Both the position numbers and the translations under genes were made by a program. A DNA stretch of 63,812 nt, counting the filler, from Octopus bimaculoides (lineage: Eukaryota): assembly GCF_001194135.2 (NCBI RefSeq). It is 7 parts of 7 records of this genome, joined end to end, with 100 filler letters (N's around TTAATTAATTAA, not from the genome) between each part and the next. Parts side by side here need not be neighbours in the genome. Positions count along the whole stretch, not along the records: positions 46,791 to 54,186 come from NC_068991.1; positions 54,287 to 60,873 come from NC_068986.1; positions 60,974 to 62,449 come from NW_026303433.1; 4 more parts are not named here. One strand, written 5' to 3'. The notes below the pieces were generated by a model, which saw only the letters and a list, made by a program, of their open reading frames with translations, had not been told where the DNA came from and searched no databases. How positions within the stretch are numbered: position 1 is the stretch's first letter; each line of letters opens with the position of its first letter. Below, piece by piece: positions 47,613 through 61,757 of this stretch.

Positions 47613-49439
47613 CAAACAAACAAACAAACAAAGACATATTGGGGAATGAGCACAACACGAGGGCAGCATAGATGGGACAAGTTTTAACCAATGTAACGCT
47701 TGAAAACAGGGGAAGAGTCTTGACGTTTTGTGCGTTAGTTCTTTATCGTAATAATAAACGAATGAGAAAAAGTGGCTGGAAAAATAAGAGACATGCGGCC
47801 AAATTGGAATGCAGTTCTATGTAGGGAGTCAGAAATGGAGAAGGGGCAGGTGATGTGAGCATGTATTGGATTATATCCTTGTATAATAGGTGGACAATGG
47901 AGAACGTGTGATTGGTGGTGATGGTAGTGTTGGCGGTTGTGGTGGTGGTGGTGGTGGTGGTGGTGGTGGTNNNNNNNNNNNNNNNNNNNNNNNNNNNNNN
48001 NNNNNNNNNNNNNNNNNNNNNNNNNNNNNNNNNNNNNNNNNNNNNNNNNNNNNNNNNNNNNNNNNNNNNNNNNNNNNNNNNNNNNNNNNNNNNNNNNNNN
48101 NNNNNNNNNNNNNNNNNNNNNNNNNNNNNNNNNNNNNNNNNNNNNNNNNNNNNNNNNNNNNNNNNNNNNNNNNNNNNNNNNNNNNNNNNNNNNNNNNNNN
48201 NNNNNNNNNNNNNNNNNNNNNNNNNNNNNNNNNNNNNNNNNNNNNNNNNNNNNNNNNNNNNNNNNNNNNNNNNNNNNNNNNNNNNNNNNNNNNNNNNNNN
48301 NNNNNNNNNNNNNNNNNNNNNNNNNNNNNNNNNNNNNNNNNNNNNNNNNNNNNNNNNNNNNNNNNNNNNNNNNNNNNNNNNNNNNNNNNNNNNNNNNNNN
48401 NNNNNNNNNNNNNNNNNNNNCTTGACAACTGGTTCTGGTGTGTTTGCATCTCCGAAACTTGGTTGGGGGCGGGTTCAGCAAAATATAAATAAAAAAGAAA
48501 ACAACAACAGAATAAATTCCAGGGTCAAGAAGAAATAAATAAATACTGGGGTTCAATTCATTCAACGTAAAATTCTTCAAGGCACTGCTCCGGCATGGCC
48601 GCAGTCTAATGACTGACACAAGTAAAAGATAAAAGATATATTTACAAGCTCACATTAACAAAACGTTGGCAGAGACACAGCAAAAAGAATCTGTAAACGA
48701 AAAAAAGACATTTGCAATCTTGGCATATTTACTGTATTGTTGTCAATGAGAAATATGTTTGTATTAATTTAATTTTAAATATTTAAAAAATCGCTAGTTT
48801 ATTTTCATTTTGATATTATTTTGTATTATAAGTTTATTTTTAGCGACATATTAATTCTAATGTTTCTTTAACTAAAATTCGCTCTACAGATGACTTGCTG
48901 GCCATGATAACTGCTGTGCCTCAAGCTATAGGAGAAGATTCACCTGCAAAATGTATTTCTATAACTTAAGAGTCGAATCACATTTTGTGTACGTAATATA
49001 GGTAGACATATTTAAAATGATTAATTTCAAGAATACGTATTTAAAAATATCATAAATTATGTTAGGTATAAATTTTTTAAACTTTACTTTTCTGTATGAT
49101 AAAATTCATTTGCAATGAACACTTAGAAAACCGATGCTTCTGTTTTACTATCGTTTATCAAGAAATTTATAATTTACAATTGTTTTTTATTCTTTTTTTT
49201 TTTTAATAATTAACGATTGCTTCAAGTATATTTTATGGAGACATGTAAAAAGTAACATTTATTTAAAGCAATATCGTTGTAAAAGGATATGTCATGTGAT
49301 TCAAGGTAGGAGCAAATATTAACGGCAAAAACGTATTTCCATAAACTCTGAGTTTCATTGCAAGTGGATATTTACAATTAATTAACTCAAGAATAAATTT
49401 ATGTAGAAATATCAAAATTTAAAAAAAATTAATTTAACA

Positions 49440-49601
49440 GTGGCTGTGTGGTAAGTAACTTGCTTACCAACCTCATGGTTCCGGGTTCAGTCCCACTGCG
49501 TGGCACTTTGGGAAAGTGTCTTCTACTATAGCCTCGGGCCGACCAAAGCCTTGTGAGTGGAGTTGGTAGACGGAAACTGAAAGAAGCCCGTCGTACGTAT
49601 G

Positions 49602-49640
<39 letters not shown>

Positions 49641-49853
49641 ATATGTTTGTGTATCTGTATTTGCCCCCCCCCCCAACATCTCTTGACAACCGATGCTGGT
49701 GTGTTTACGTCCCCGTAACATAGCGGTTCGGCAAAAGAGACTGATATAACAAGTACTAGGCTTCCAAAGAATAAATCCTGGGGTCGATTTGCTCGACCAA
49801 AGGCGGTGCTCCAGCATGGCCACAGTCAAATGACTGAAACAAGTAAAAGAGTA
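49440..49853 (+). mobile_element. Full-length OK-like SINE
   Basis: Colinear with 38663-39075. Confidence 0.85.
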
Positions 49854-50269
49854 AACGTCGTTATAACATTTTTTTTTTTGTACGTATTAAAAGAACATTA
49901 ATAATTTCTTCAAAAGCGTAGGCATAACTATGTGGTTTATAAGCTATGATTTGGACAGATTAGCACTTAGCCAGAGCGTTTGGGATCAAGCTGCTACACT
50001 ACCGTAACGATCAACCCCATAAGCGTCGTGCAACTCGCTACGCCAAAGTACTACATTGACCCCTCAAAAGTGACGAATACGTCAGATTGAGTTGCCAGCG
50101 ACAAGGCCACTCGCATATGGACTTGTTCAACCACAAAAGGCATTCTGATTTCCATCCAACCATCTATCTTCTCTGTCTAGTATTCCTGGAACGGTCGTTG
50201 GAGTAGAATTCTTAGGCACCTCCTCCATGAGGTCCTATCAAAAGCAACCGTCAATTTGCGGCTGGATTC

Positions 50270-50520
50270 CCAAGCATGATTATCTGTGACTATTGATGGT
50301 ATCGAACCATTTCATCCTTGGTCTACCCATAGGTTGCCTGCCAGCAGGCTCAGCTTCAAGTGAAGAATCCGTCTTGCGATCCTACCCTACGACATTCTAA
50401 CCACATGTCCATAATATCTGAGCTGTGACCTCTCAATGCCGAGAGGTAGCGGCTCCACCTGGAAAGAGTCCCTGATCTTCGAGTTACGTACACCATCGAG
50501 TAACACTATTCCAGAGATAT
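50270..50520 (-). mobile_element. RTE-clade LINE 3' fragment
   Basis: LDGVRNSKIRDSFQVEPL...IERSQLRYYGHVVRMS followed by a frameshifted GRQPMGRPRMKWFD. Confidence 0.8.
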
Positions 50521-50782
50521 TCTGGTACCCGTTTTGGATGTTTGTGTTCGCGATCAAGCTCTTTCGGTCAATACCCAATATTCACGACTATAGGTGAGGA
50601 TAGTCACGAAAATCGAATTGAAGATAGCGAGTTTGGCTTTTTTCTTCTTTTTTCTCCTATCAACCTCGCCCCTTCTAAAGATCGAACGCTGAAGTTAGCA
50701 GATTACTGTAACAGCACTTACAATTCTAGCATCTAATTTAGTCTCTTGCTTTCCATAACTCGTGAATACGGCCCCGAGATGC

Positions 50783-51008
50783 TTAATACTGAGCATTTAA
50801 ACCGGCCATGTCAAGCCCAGATATTCTACCTGATTTATGTTGAAACCAGCCAGATCTGGCCCTTACACTTACCCTGCAATGTAATTCTAAAAATAAACAA
50901 TCACATCATCGAAATTTTGATGCTACAAGATAATCCATGATTATTTCAAAACAATGTGAATGAATAAGCATTGTATTTGACAGAATAATTTGAATGCTAA
51001 AGGGTTAA
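50783..51008. mobile_element. piggyBac-type MITE
   Basis: Right end TGAATGCTAAAGGG|TTAA; degenerate left end TTAATACTGAGCATTTAAACCGGCC. Confidence 0.5.
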
Positions 51009-51195
51009 ATGTTCCACTTGCCTCATTGATATTCCACAGGCATTGCAGAGCACCCTGGGAAGACTTTCTCGAATGGAACAATGTCTCAGTCTTTGCAACA
51101 CTTCTCATCATGACAATCATGAAAATTAACTAGAGAAAGTAAGAACACTCGAACGCCATTGGCACAGTCCATCATCATAATTTAGATTGAATTAA

Positions 51196-51415
51196 GGCGG
51201 CAAGCTGTCAGAAGCGTTAGCACGCCGGGCAAAATGCTTAGCGGTATTTCGTCCGTCTTTACGTTCTGAGTTCAAATTCCACCGAGGTCCACTTTGCCTT
51301 TCATCCTTTCGGAATCGATGAAACATGTACCAATTTAACACTGGAGTCGACGTAATCGACTATTCCTCCTTCACTAAAATTTTAGGCCTTGCGCCTTTAC
51401 TAAAAAAGATTATTC
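51196..51415 (+). mobile_element. MetaSINE-like SINE
   Basis: Same head and central domain as the other copies. Confidence 0.75.
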
Positions 51416-51984
51416 AAATAATATGTGTGTGGCTGAGTCAAGGCGCACGGTTCTTTTCGTTGCTGCACTTACAACAAAAGCATCGCAGTTTCCATTTCCA
51501 GACCGGGTGGTGCGTTGTGTTCTTGAGAAAAACAGTTTCTTTCAAGTCGCTCTGCGAAAGCTTAGATACCTGGCATATGGCGTACCGTGCATCCATACAA
51601 TCAATGTCGATTTGATGGAGGGAATGAGCTAATATACAGTTTATACATTAGCTCACTATAAACAAATCATCTATGCCATTTGCTTCGTGCTTCGTCCGTC
51701 GTCTAAATCAGGACGGTCCACCATATTTGAGAATTGTTGTTGCCTCTCGGTCTTCGTACATACTTTCGTTGTTAAAGTACAAAGACCATAAATTTGGTTA
51801 CGCTAAAGTGCATGACCCTTCGTTATGATTCTAGAAATGAGATATTAAGATATCAAACTATGAGAAACAGACATTGAAAGAGAGACACAGATATATCAGG
51901 ACGTATTGTTTGGTATCATAAGGTCATCGGCAATACATCATCATCTGTGTTTGTTATTAGTGAGTTACGGTGTGATATTCAGCG

Positions 51985-53240
51985 TGTGTGTGTGTGTGTG
52001 TGTGTGAGTGTGTGTGTGTGTGTGTGTGTCTGTGTGTGTGTGTGTGTCTGTGTGTGTGTGTGTGTATCCGCGTATGTAGCCATGAATGTGTGTGTGTGTG
52101 TGTGTGTCTGTGTCTATCCGTGAATGCAGCCATGTGTATGTCTGTGTGTCAGCGTGTGAGAGTTTCTGTGAATGTGTGCGTGTCTTTGCGTGTATGTAGC
52201 CATGTGCATGTGTGTGTGTGTGTGCCAGCTTGTGAGAGTTTGTGTGTGTGTGTGTCTTTGAGTGTATGTAGCCATGTGTGAGAGTTTGTATGTGTATGCG
52301 TGTCTGAGTGTGCGTGTGTGTGTCCATGCATGTGTGTGTGGTCATATACGTGTGGTCATGTGTGTGCGTTTATGCGTGTATGTAGCTATGTGTATGTGTG
52401 TGTGCCAGCGTGTGACAGTTTGTGTGAGTGTGTGTGCGTGTATGTGTGTGTCTTTCAGTGTATGTAGCCATGTGTATGTGTGTGCCTGCTTGTGACAGTT
52501 TGCATGTGTATGTGTGTATGTATGTGTGCATATATGTGTCTATGCGTGTGTGTGGTCATGTGTGTGTGTGTGTGTGAGTGTTTATGCGTGTATGTAGCCA
52601 TGTGTATATGTGTATGTCTGCGTGTGAGAGTTTGTGTGTATATGCGTGTGCGTGTTTGTCTATGCGTGTATGTATGTGCGTGTGAGAGTTTGTATGCGTG
52701 TATGTGTGAGTGTGCATGTATGTGTCTATGCGTCTGTGTGGTTATGTATGTGTGGTCATGTATGTGTGTGTGTGTTTATGCGTGTATGTAGCCATGTGCA
52801 TATGTGTATGTTGCGTGAGAGAGTTTGTGTGTGTATGTGTGTAGGGGTGTGTTTGTCTATGCGCGTATGTATCTGCGTGTGAGAGTTTGTATGTGTGTAT
52901 GTGTGTATGTATGTGTGCATATATGTGTCTATGCGTGTGTGTGATCATGTGTGTGTGTGTGAGTGTAGTCATGTATGTTTTCGTGTGATATCCTATAAGT
53001 GCTGTTGTATTGAAAGCAGTATACGTACGTGTGTGTATGTGTGGGTGTGCATGTGTGGGTTTGTGCATGTGCGTGTTTGCATCTGTGTGTGCGCGTGTTT
53101 ACGTAAGTGTGTGTGCGTGTATGTAGCCATATGTATGTGTGCATGTGATGTCCTGCTGTGTGTGATGCGATATTGAAAGGAATATGCGAACATGTGTCTA
53201 TGCGTATATATATATGTGTGTGTGCGTGCGTGTGTGTGAA
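51985..53240. repeat. Complex (TG)n-based satellite with recurrent GTATGTAGCCATG and GCGTGTGAGAGTTTG modules
   Basis: About 8 copies of the first module at irregular spacing, mostly 70-200 bp (last interval about 340 bp). Confidence 0.75.
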
Positions 53241-53329
53241 TATGTGCGGTTGTGTGGGTGGGTGTCCGGGGGGTGCATTTGTATATGAGTGTGCTCGTTT
53301 TGTCCCTTGATTTTTACTTGGTATTGTTG

Positions 53330-53665
53330 TTGGCATTCCGTCGCTTACGACGTCGAGGGTTCCAGTTGATCCGATCAACGGAACAGCCTGCTCGTGAAAT
53401 TAACGTGCAAGTGGCTGAGCACTCCACAGACACGTGTACCCTTAACGTAGTTCTCGGGGATATTCAGCGTGACACAGTGTGACAAGGCTGACCCTTTGAA
53501 TTACAGGCACAACAGAAACAAGAAGAAAGAGTGAGAGAAAGTTGTAGTGGAAGAGTACAGCAGGGTTCGCCACCATCCCCTGCCGGAGCCTCGTGGAGCT
53601 TTTTAGGTGTTTTCGCTCAATAAACACTCACAACGCCCGGTCTTGGAATCGAAACCTTGATCCTA
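53330..53665 (-). mobile_element. SINE-like interspersed repeat
   Basis: Minus-strand B-box-like GGTTTCGATTCC at the right end; CpG-rich body. Confidence 0.5.
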
Positions 53666-55371
53666 TNNNNNNNNNNNNNNNNNNNNNNNNNNNNNNNNNN
53701 NNNNNNNNNNNNNNNNNNNNNNNNNNNNNNNNNNNNNNNNNNNNNNNNNNNNNNNNNNNNNNNNNNNNNNNNNNNNNNNNNNNNNNNNNNNNNNNNNNNN
53801 NNNNNNNNNNNNNNNNNNNNNNNNNNNNNNNNNNNNNNNNNNNNNNNNNNNNNNNNNNNNNNNNNNNNNNNNNNNNNNNNNNNNNNNNNNNNNNNNNNNN
53901 NNNNNNNNNNNNNNATATATATATATATATATATATATACATACACATATAGATATGTATTCATACACACACATACGAGTATATGTATGCATGTATACAC
54001 AAACACACACGCACACATATATTTATACGGTTGGCCAAAAGTCAGCCGACAGTAAATCAAAATTTCATAAATACTTAATATTCAATTTTAATTATCCATT
54101 CCAATCATGAATGTTTGATAATTGAATGCTGTGAGTTAAAATCCCCATTATTATTATTTATTTATTATTATTTTTTTTTTTTTTTTNNNNNNNNNNNNNN
54201 NNNNNNNNNNNNNNNNNNNNNNNNNNNNNNTTAATTAATTAANNNNNNNNNNNNNNNNNNNNNNNNNNNNNNNNNNNNNNNNNNNNGTGTGTGTGTATGT
54301 ATAAATAAATAATACAGAATGGGACAAGAACGCAAAACATCAAGACAGCTAGGTGATACAAGAAAGGGACAAAACATCCAGATAGACGATACAATCGAGA
54401 TCCAGATTATCTTTGCAATTTCGGCTGGTTATTCTCGATATTGCTCCAATCTGGCCAGTCCCAAAGAAAAACTAAGCTAAGAGCATTAGATTCCTTGGAA
54501 GAAAACAGCGAATGTATACAAAAGCAAGGACGGAGAAAAACGAACAATGTTACACAAATACACTAGGAATAATAACAGGACACAACAACAGATGTCTTTC
54601 GACCGACTAAGGACGAATAAAATTAAGCTGGCGCATATGGAAATAAGGCCTTACAGCCGGGATACAAGATTTCACAGGCACAGGGAGAAATAACGATGTT
54701 ACACGTTCGGCGGCCGCCCAAGACAGAAAGGTGAAGTTTGGCCAAACACCGGTCACTTCTTTTCTAATCTTTCTACTTACTCCTTTTCTCTTTCCCTCTT
54801 TTGTATTCCTAGACTTTCTCTTTTCCCTTCATCCACTACCCCCTTCTTTTCTCTGTCACTCCCTCTCCCTACTGCCTTTCTCTTCTGCCTGCTGCTGTCA
54901 CGTGACCAGTGCCAGTTCCTCCTTTTCTTTCTTTATTAGACTGGTCTCTTTACTGACCAGTCGTAAATTCTGTCTCTCAGTTCTCCATCCTTCAAAACAT
55001 TTTCTAAGCTTTACCCACTATTTTCGTCTCCTTGGCCCACAAGGCCGTATTTTGTTGAACTGTTTGTCCTCGTCCACCGTCCTAAATCACATTCTGTATA
55101 GTTTTGCTTGTTTTTCCCCCCTAATTGTCCCTAATTCTACGCAAGAAAACTTTTTTTGTGGCCACCGCAAATTGGGAAGCGAGTCTTATCGTTAAAGGTG
55201 CGAAACTGAACAGTACCATTGGTCGATAACTGANNNNNNNNNNAATGGATGTAACAACTGTATTGTCAATTATTGTTTCGGTAATATTCCGTTTCGAATC
55301 CCATTACACGGGGAGGATTCCGTGTAAAAAGTTACGCAATGTGTACGTTTGATTCTGCGCGCGCGCGCGTA

Positions 55372-55632
55372 TATTCTTTTCTACTCTAGGCACAAGGCCC
55401 GAAATTTTTGGGGAGAGGGCTAGTCGATTAGATCGACCCAGTACGCAACTGGTACTTAATTTATCGATTCCGAAAGGCAGAGTCGACCTCGGCGGAATTT
55501 GAACTCAGAACGTAAAGACAGACGAAATACCGCTAAGCATTTCGCCCGGCGTGCTAACGTTACTTATTTCTTTACTGCCCACAAGGGGCTACACATAGAG
55601 GGGACAAACAAGGGCAGACAAAGGGATTAAGC
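55372..55632 (-). mobile_element. MetaSINE-like SINE tandem (one near-complete unit plus the tail of a second)
   Basis: Reverse complement of the 61758-62118 tandem arrangement. Confidence 0.7.
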
Positions 55633-57287
55633 CTTGTGAGTGGATTTGGTAGACGGAACTGAAAGAAGCCCGTCGTATATATATGCGTGTGTGTATGTAT
55701 GTGTCTATGTTTATGTGAGTGTGTGTGTGTGTGTGAGTGAGTGTGCGTGTGTGTTTGTGTTTGTATGTCTGTGTTTGTCTCCCCCACCCCAACATCGCNN
55801 NNNNNNNNNNNNNNNNNNNNNNNNNNNNNNNNNNNNNNNNNNNNNNNNNNNNNNNNNNNNNNNNNNNNNNNNNNNNNNNNNNNNNNNNNNNNNNNNNNNN
55901 NNNNNNNNNNNNNNNNNNNNNNNNNNNNNNNNNNNNNNNNNNNNNNNNNNNNNNNNNNNNNNNNNNNNNNNNNNNNNNNNNNNNNNNNNNNNNNNNNNNN
56001 NNNNNNNNNNNNNNNNNNNNNNNNNNNNNNNNNNNNNNNNNNNNNNNNNNNNNNNNNNNNNNNNNNNNNNNNNNNNNNNNNNNNNNNNNNNNNNNNNNNN
56101 NNNNNNNNNNNNNNNNNNNNNNNNNNNNNNNNNNNNNNNNNNNNNNNNNNNNNNNNNNNNNNNNNNNNNNNNNNNNNNNNNNNNNNNNNNNNNNNNNNNN
56201 NNNNNNNNNNNNNNNNNNNNNNNNNNNNNNNNNNNNNNNNNNNNNNNNNNNNNNNNNNNNNNNNNNNNNNNNNNNNNNNNNNNNNNNNNNNNNNNNNNNN
56301 NNNNNNNNNNNNNNNNNNNNNNNNNNNNNNNNNNNNNNNNNNNNNNNNNNNNNNNNNNNNNNNNNNNNNNNNNNNNNNNNNNNNNNNNNNNNNNNNNNNN
56401 NNNNNNNNNNNNNNNNNNNNNNNNNNNNNNNNNNNNNNNNNNNNNNNNNNNNNNNNNNNNNNNNNNNNNNNNNNNNNNNNNNNNNNNNNNNNNNNNNNNN
56501 NNNNNNNNNNNNNNNNNNNNNNNNNNNNNNNNNNNNNNNNNNNNNNNNNNNNNNNNNNNNNNNNNNNNNNNNNNNNNNNNNNNNNNNNNNNNNNNNNNNN
56601 NNNNNNNNNNNNNNNNNNNNNNNNNNNNNNNNNNNNNNNNNNNNNNNNNNNNNNNNNNNNNNNNNNNNNNNNNNNNNNNNNNCTCTCTCTAATTTATTTT
56701 ATATTTCTATATCACTCCCCCTCCACAAAGACATCCCCTCTCTCTCTCTCTCCCTCGTTCTTTCTTCTCTCATTTCTCTTCTTTTCTTTCCCTCTTCCAT
56801 CCACTTCAGTGGCGTTCAGCCATCTTTTCTTTTTTCTGTGGACTCTTTTGATTCCTGTTTCATTCCGGTGGACCCCCATAGCCATCCAAATCAAAGACTG
56901 GATCCCGGAACCATGCGGTTGGGAAACAAATTTCTTATTACATAGTCACACCTGTATATACATACATACATACATACATACATACATACATACATTCATA
57001 CATACATTCATACATACATACATACATACATTCATACATACATACATACATATATACATACATACATACGCATCTTTTATTTTGAAAGATTCATCGAGAA
57101 TCGAGGCACATCAAAATGTAAGACGCCACCAAATGGATTAGAATAAAACACAGCAGATAGTAAAATAGTCCCTCATCAAAAGCATCAATCATACTGGCTG
57201 GCTACCGTCGTTAGGTGGGAAATATAAGCACAACACACATACACACATATTCACACATATATATGCGTGTGTGTGCATGCTACATGG

Positions 57288-57341
<54 letters not shown>

Positions 57342-60300
57342 NNNNNNNNNNNNNNNNNNNNNNNNNNNNNNNNNNNNNNNNNNNNNNNNNNNNNNNNNNN
57401 NNNNNNNNNNNNNNNNNNNNNNNNNNNNNNNNNNNNNNNNNNNNNNNNNNNNNNNNNNNNNNNNNNNNNNNNNNNNNNNNNNNNNNNNNNNNNNNNNNNN
57501 NNNNNNNNNNNNNNNNNNNNNNNNNNNNNNNNNNNNNNNNNNNNNNNNNNNNNNNNNNNNNNNNNNNNNNNNNNNNNNNNNNNNNNNNNNNNNNNNNNNN
57601 NNNNNNNNNNNNNNNNNNNNNNNNNNNNNNNNNNNNNNNNNNNNNNNNNNNNNNNNNNNNNNNNNNNNNNNNNNNNNNNNNNNNNNNNNNNNNNNNNNNN
57701 NNNNNNNNNNNNNNNNNNNNNNNNNNNNNNNNNNNNNNNNNNNNNNNNNNNNNNNNNNNNNNNNNNNNNNNNNNNNNNNNNNNNNNNNNNNNNNNNNNNN
57801 NNNNNNNNNNNNNNNNNNNNNNNNNNNNNNNNNNNNNNNNNNNNNNNNNNNNNNNNNNNNNNNNNNNNNNNNNNNNNNNNNNNNNNNNNNNNNNNNNNNN
57901 NNNNNNNNNNNNNNNNNNNNNNNNNNNNNNNNNNNNNNNNNNNNNNNNNNNNNNNNNNNNNNNNNNNNNTGTGTGTGTGTGTGTGTGTGTGTATTTGTGT
58001 GTTTGTGTTTGTCCCCCCAACATCGCTTCACAACCGATGCTGGTGTGTTTACGTTCCCGTAAGCTAGCGGTTCGGCAAAAGAAACCGATAGAATAAGTAC
58101 TAGGCTTCCAAAGAATAAGGCCTGGGGTCGATTTGCTCGACTAAAGGTGGTGCTCTAGCATGGCCGCAGTCAAATGACTGAAACAAGTAAAACAGTAAAA
58201 GAGTAAAAGAATAACCTTCCGTCTCAATAAACCATTATTGTTTTTTCTTATATTTTCTACGGATTACTTGAAGCTAACTTTCTTCCTACCCCTCGATCCT
58301 TCGATGTTGTGTGTGTGTGTGTGTGTGTGTGTGTGATTATATGAGACAAGGATCTAAGTGTAGGATATTTTCAAACTTCGAACAGTCCTTGGTAGGTATA
58401 AAAAACAATGTTCAAGAACGGTAATGATTTATTGGCGTCGAAGGTTGTGGGCTTTTCCCATATCGACGTTAACTCACCGAATATATAATTTGAAATGAGT
58501 TCTGAAGCCGGAAGAACAGAGAATAAATATAATTAAAAAAATAAAACCAGATAAGAAAATAAATGTTTGAAGAAATAAAATGTAAGTAAGAAAAGTGAAG
58601 AAAGAGATCAAATATTTGGGAGTGGAGAATTGTCGAAAGTTGTTAAGAATAGAAGAAATGAGAGGGAGAGGGAAGGGGAGTTAGTGTAGATGGAGGAAGG
58701 GGAGTTAGTGTAGATGGAGGAAGGGTCTTTGGGATTCTTAAATTAGGGCCACTTGGATTTCACCTGCTTCACTCCCTCAATTTGGATCCTCGTTCTGGTC
58801 TAACGATCCTCCATGCTTGTTTTCGTTCGGTTTCTTTGTATGTCTCCATTGTCCTGTTTTTGTTCCCAACTTTGACCCATCATAAATCCCAAATTTTAAT
58901 TTGGTATTTATGGGAGAAACTATCTTCGAAGACTCATATTGTCGTTCAATGCTCAAAATGAGGAGTAGATAGGCAGCCGACAACTAATAAAGGGTCGTTC
59001 TTTATGTTACTTGTCCTGTTTTCCATTTGTTTCTCTCGTTCTTTGCGTTTTGAACTCATTTACTTTCGTATTTCATGTTGTTTAGTGTTGGTGACATCCT
59101 GTACCCATATTCTTCGCCTCTACCTGTCACTACTTCTCTCTCTCTCTCTCTCTATCTCTTGTTACTCGTCCTTCGCCTCTCACCGTTACTACTACTATCN
59201 NNNNNNNNNNNNNNNNNNNNNNNNNNNNNNNNNNNNNNNNNNNNNNNNNNNNNNNNNNNNNNNNNNNNNNNNNNNNNNNNNNNNNNNNNNNNNNNNNNNN
59301 NNNNNNNNNNNNNNNNNNNNNNNNNNNNNNNNNNNNNNNNNNNNNNNNNNNNNNNNNNNNNNNNNNNNNNNNNNNNNNNNNNNNNNNNNNNNNNNNNNNN
59401 NNNNNNNNNNNNNNNNNNNNNNNNNNNNNNNNNNNNNNNNNNNNNNNNNNNNNNNNNNNNNNNNNNNNNNNNNNNNNNNNNNNNNNNNNNNNNNNNNNNN
59501 NNNNNNNNNNNNNNNNNNNNNNNNNNNNNNNNNNNNNNNNNNNNNNNNNNNNNNNNNNNNNNNNNNNNNNNNNNNNNNNNNNNNNNNNNNNNNNNNNNNN
59601 NNNNNNNNNNNNNNNNNNNNNNNNNNNNNNNNNNNNNNNNNNNNNNNNNNNNNNNNNNNNNNNNNNNNNNNNNNNNNNNNNNNNNNNNNNNNNNNNNNNN
59701 NNNNNNNNNNNNNNNNNNNNNNNNNNNNNNNNNNNNNNNNNNNNNNNNNNNNNNNNNNNNNNNNNNNNNNNNNNNNNNNNNNNNNNNNNNNNNNNNNNNN
59801 NNNNNNNNNNNNNNNNNNNNNNNNNNNNNNNNNNNNNNNNNNNNNNNNNNNNNNNNNNNNNNNNNNNNNNNNNNNNNNNNNNNNNNNNNNNNNNNNNNNN
59901 NNNNNNNNNNNNNNNNNNNNNNNNNNNNNNNNNNNNNNNNNNNNNNNNNNNNNNNNNNNNNNNNNNNNNNNNNNNNNNNNNNNNNATATATATAGGAGAG
60001 TATTGTAATTCGCTTGAAGCATTGTTTATTGCTTGTAAAGAATAAAAAATCTTGAATGGTACAACAATGCACTATAATACAAAAAATGGACTATATACTT
60101 GTAATTTAGTTATCCATAGTGCCAGATGACTCGACCGACCCAAATTCGGTCAGAATGTAAGCATGCACATGTGTGCTTAGAAAATTATAGAACACCTATT
60201 CTCACCTGTGTTCAGGTATGTTGATCTGGTCTGTTTTATTGAATGAAGCAAGTAGCTCCGCTATATTTTTATTTATATGCATTGGAAAACAATAAACGCA

Positions 60301-60470
60301 TACGTATTGCAGGCATTCTCAATGTGTGTGTGTGTGTGTGTAAATTACTACATGTGGTTTTATATCAGTATGTAGGGACATGCATCATGCATGCCTTTGT
60401 CCATGCGTATGTGTGTGTGTGCTCATTTATAGACATACGTACATTCATATACACACGAATACACACGAAT

Positions 60471-60507
<37 letters not shown>

Positions 60508-60651
60508 GGTGGGTAGGTAGGTAGGTAGGTAGGTAGGTAGAGGGAGAGAAAGAGACAAACGGACAGAAAGTGACAGACAGAACGACAAACACGCACATAC
60601 ATACAAATATATAAGTACACACACACACCACAAACATACGCTCTCACATAC

Positions 60652-60691
<40 letters not shown>

Positions 60692-60973
60692 ACACACACA
60701 TACATATATACCAAGCTGTCTCTTGTTGTTGTTGTTGTTGTTGTTGTGGACCAGCTGGTACCCTTGACTTATTTCGAAGTGAAATTCTCACATGTTACCC
60801 TTTTTTCTTCTTTCTTTTCTCCTTGAATGATCTCCCCCTCCTCCTCCTCCTCCTCTGTCGATAAACGAGTCGTNNNNNNNNNNNNNNNNNNNNNNNNNNN
60901 NNNNNNNNNNNNNNNNNTTAATTAATTAANNNNNNNNNNNNNNNNNNNNNNNNNNNNNNNNNNNNNNNNNNNN

Positions 60974-61021
<48 letters not shown>

Positions 61022-61387
61022 GTGCAAAAACGTGTGTGTGTGTGTGTGTGTGTGTGTATGAAAGAAAGAGTGTGAGAGAGAGAAACATATATACATGTGT
61101 AATGTCATTTTGTTTTTTATATTTCAAAACTTTTAATTATCGCTTCTTTGCTGTAACGGTTACTCATTGATACTACAAGAGTGCGATGCCAATAGATTTG
61201 TATTAGGAGCAAAGATTTCAAACATAATATGGCAATTTTATGTATACATACCGAAAGATGTCCCCACATTTTCAAATCCCACCTCCCCTTCTTCCTTCCC
61301 AGTGTGACATGTGATATCAATAAGTAACATCTATGAGCTATAAATGCGTATAGATATGTGCGTGCGTATGTGTATGTGTGTGCGTGC

Positions 61388-61426
<39 letters not shown>

Positions 61427-61532
61427 TGCATATGTGTATGTGTGTGCATGCGTATGTGTGAGTGTGTGTGCGTAAACAAACAAACGAAATCAGTACTCAG
61501 CATTTTGAGCTGAAGTTACATGTATTTAATAA

Positions 61533-61727
61533 TATTCTTTTCTACTCTAGGCACAAGGCCTGTAATTTTTGGGGAGGGGGCCGGTCGATTAGATCGACCC
61601 AAGTATTCAACTGGTACTTCATTTATCGACCCCGAAAGGATGAAAGGCAAAGTCGACCTCGGCGGAAGTTGAACTCAGAACATAAAGGCAGACGAAATAC
61701 CGCTAAGCATTTCCAGTTTGCCGCCTT
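61533..61727 (-). mobile_element. MetaSINE-like SINE
   Basis: Inverse match to 61921-62118. Confidence 0.75.
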
Positions 61728-61757
61728 ATGCATTTAATAATATTTTGACTGAACTAA

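Noticed and set aside
58670-58725. 24-bp direct repeat GGAAGGGGAGTTAGTGTAGATGGA x2
   Set aside because: Simple slippage duplication with no functional context.
58777-58983. 68-aa ORF in complex sequence, possible Penelope endonuclease remnant
   Set aside because: No GIY-YIG or RT motif could be read convincingly in any frame.
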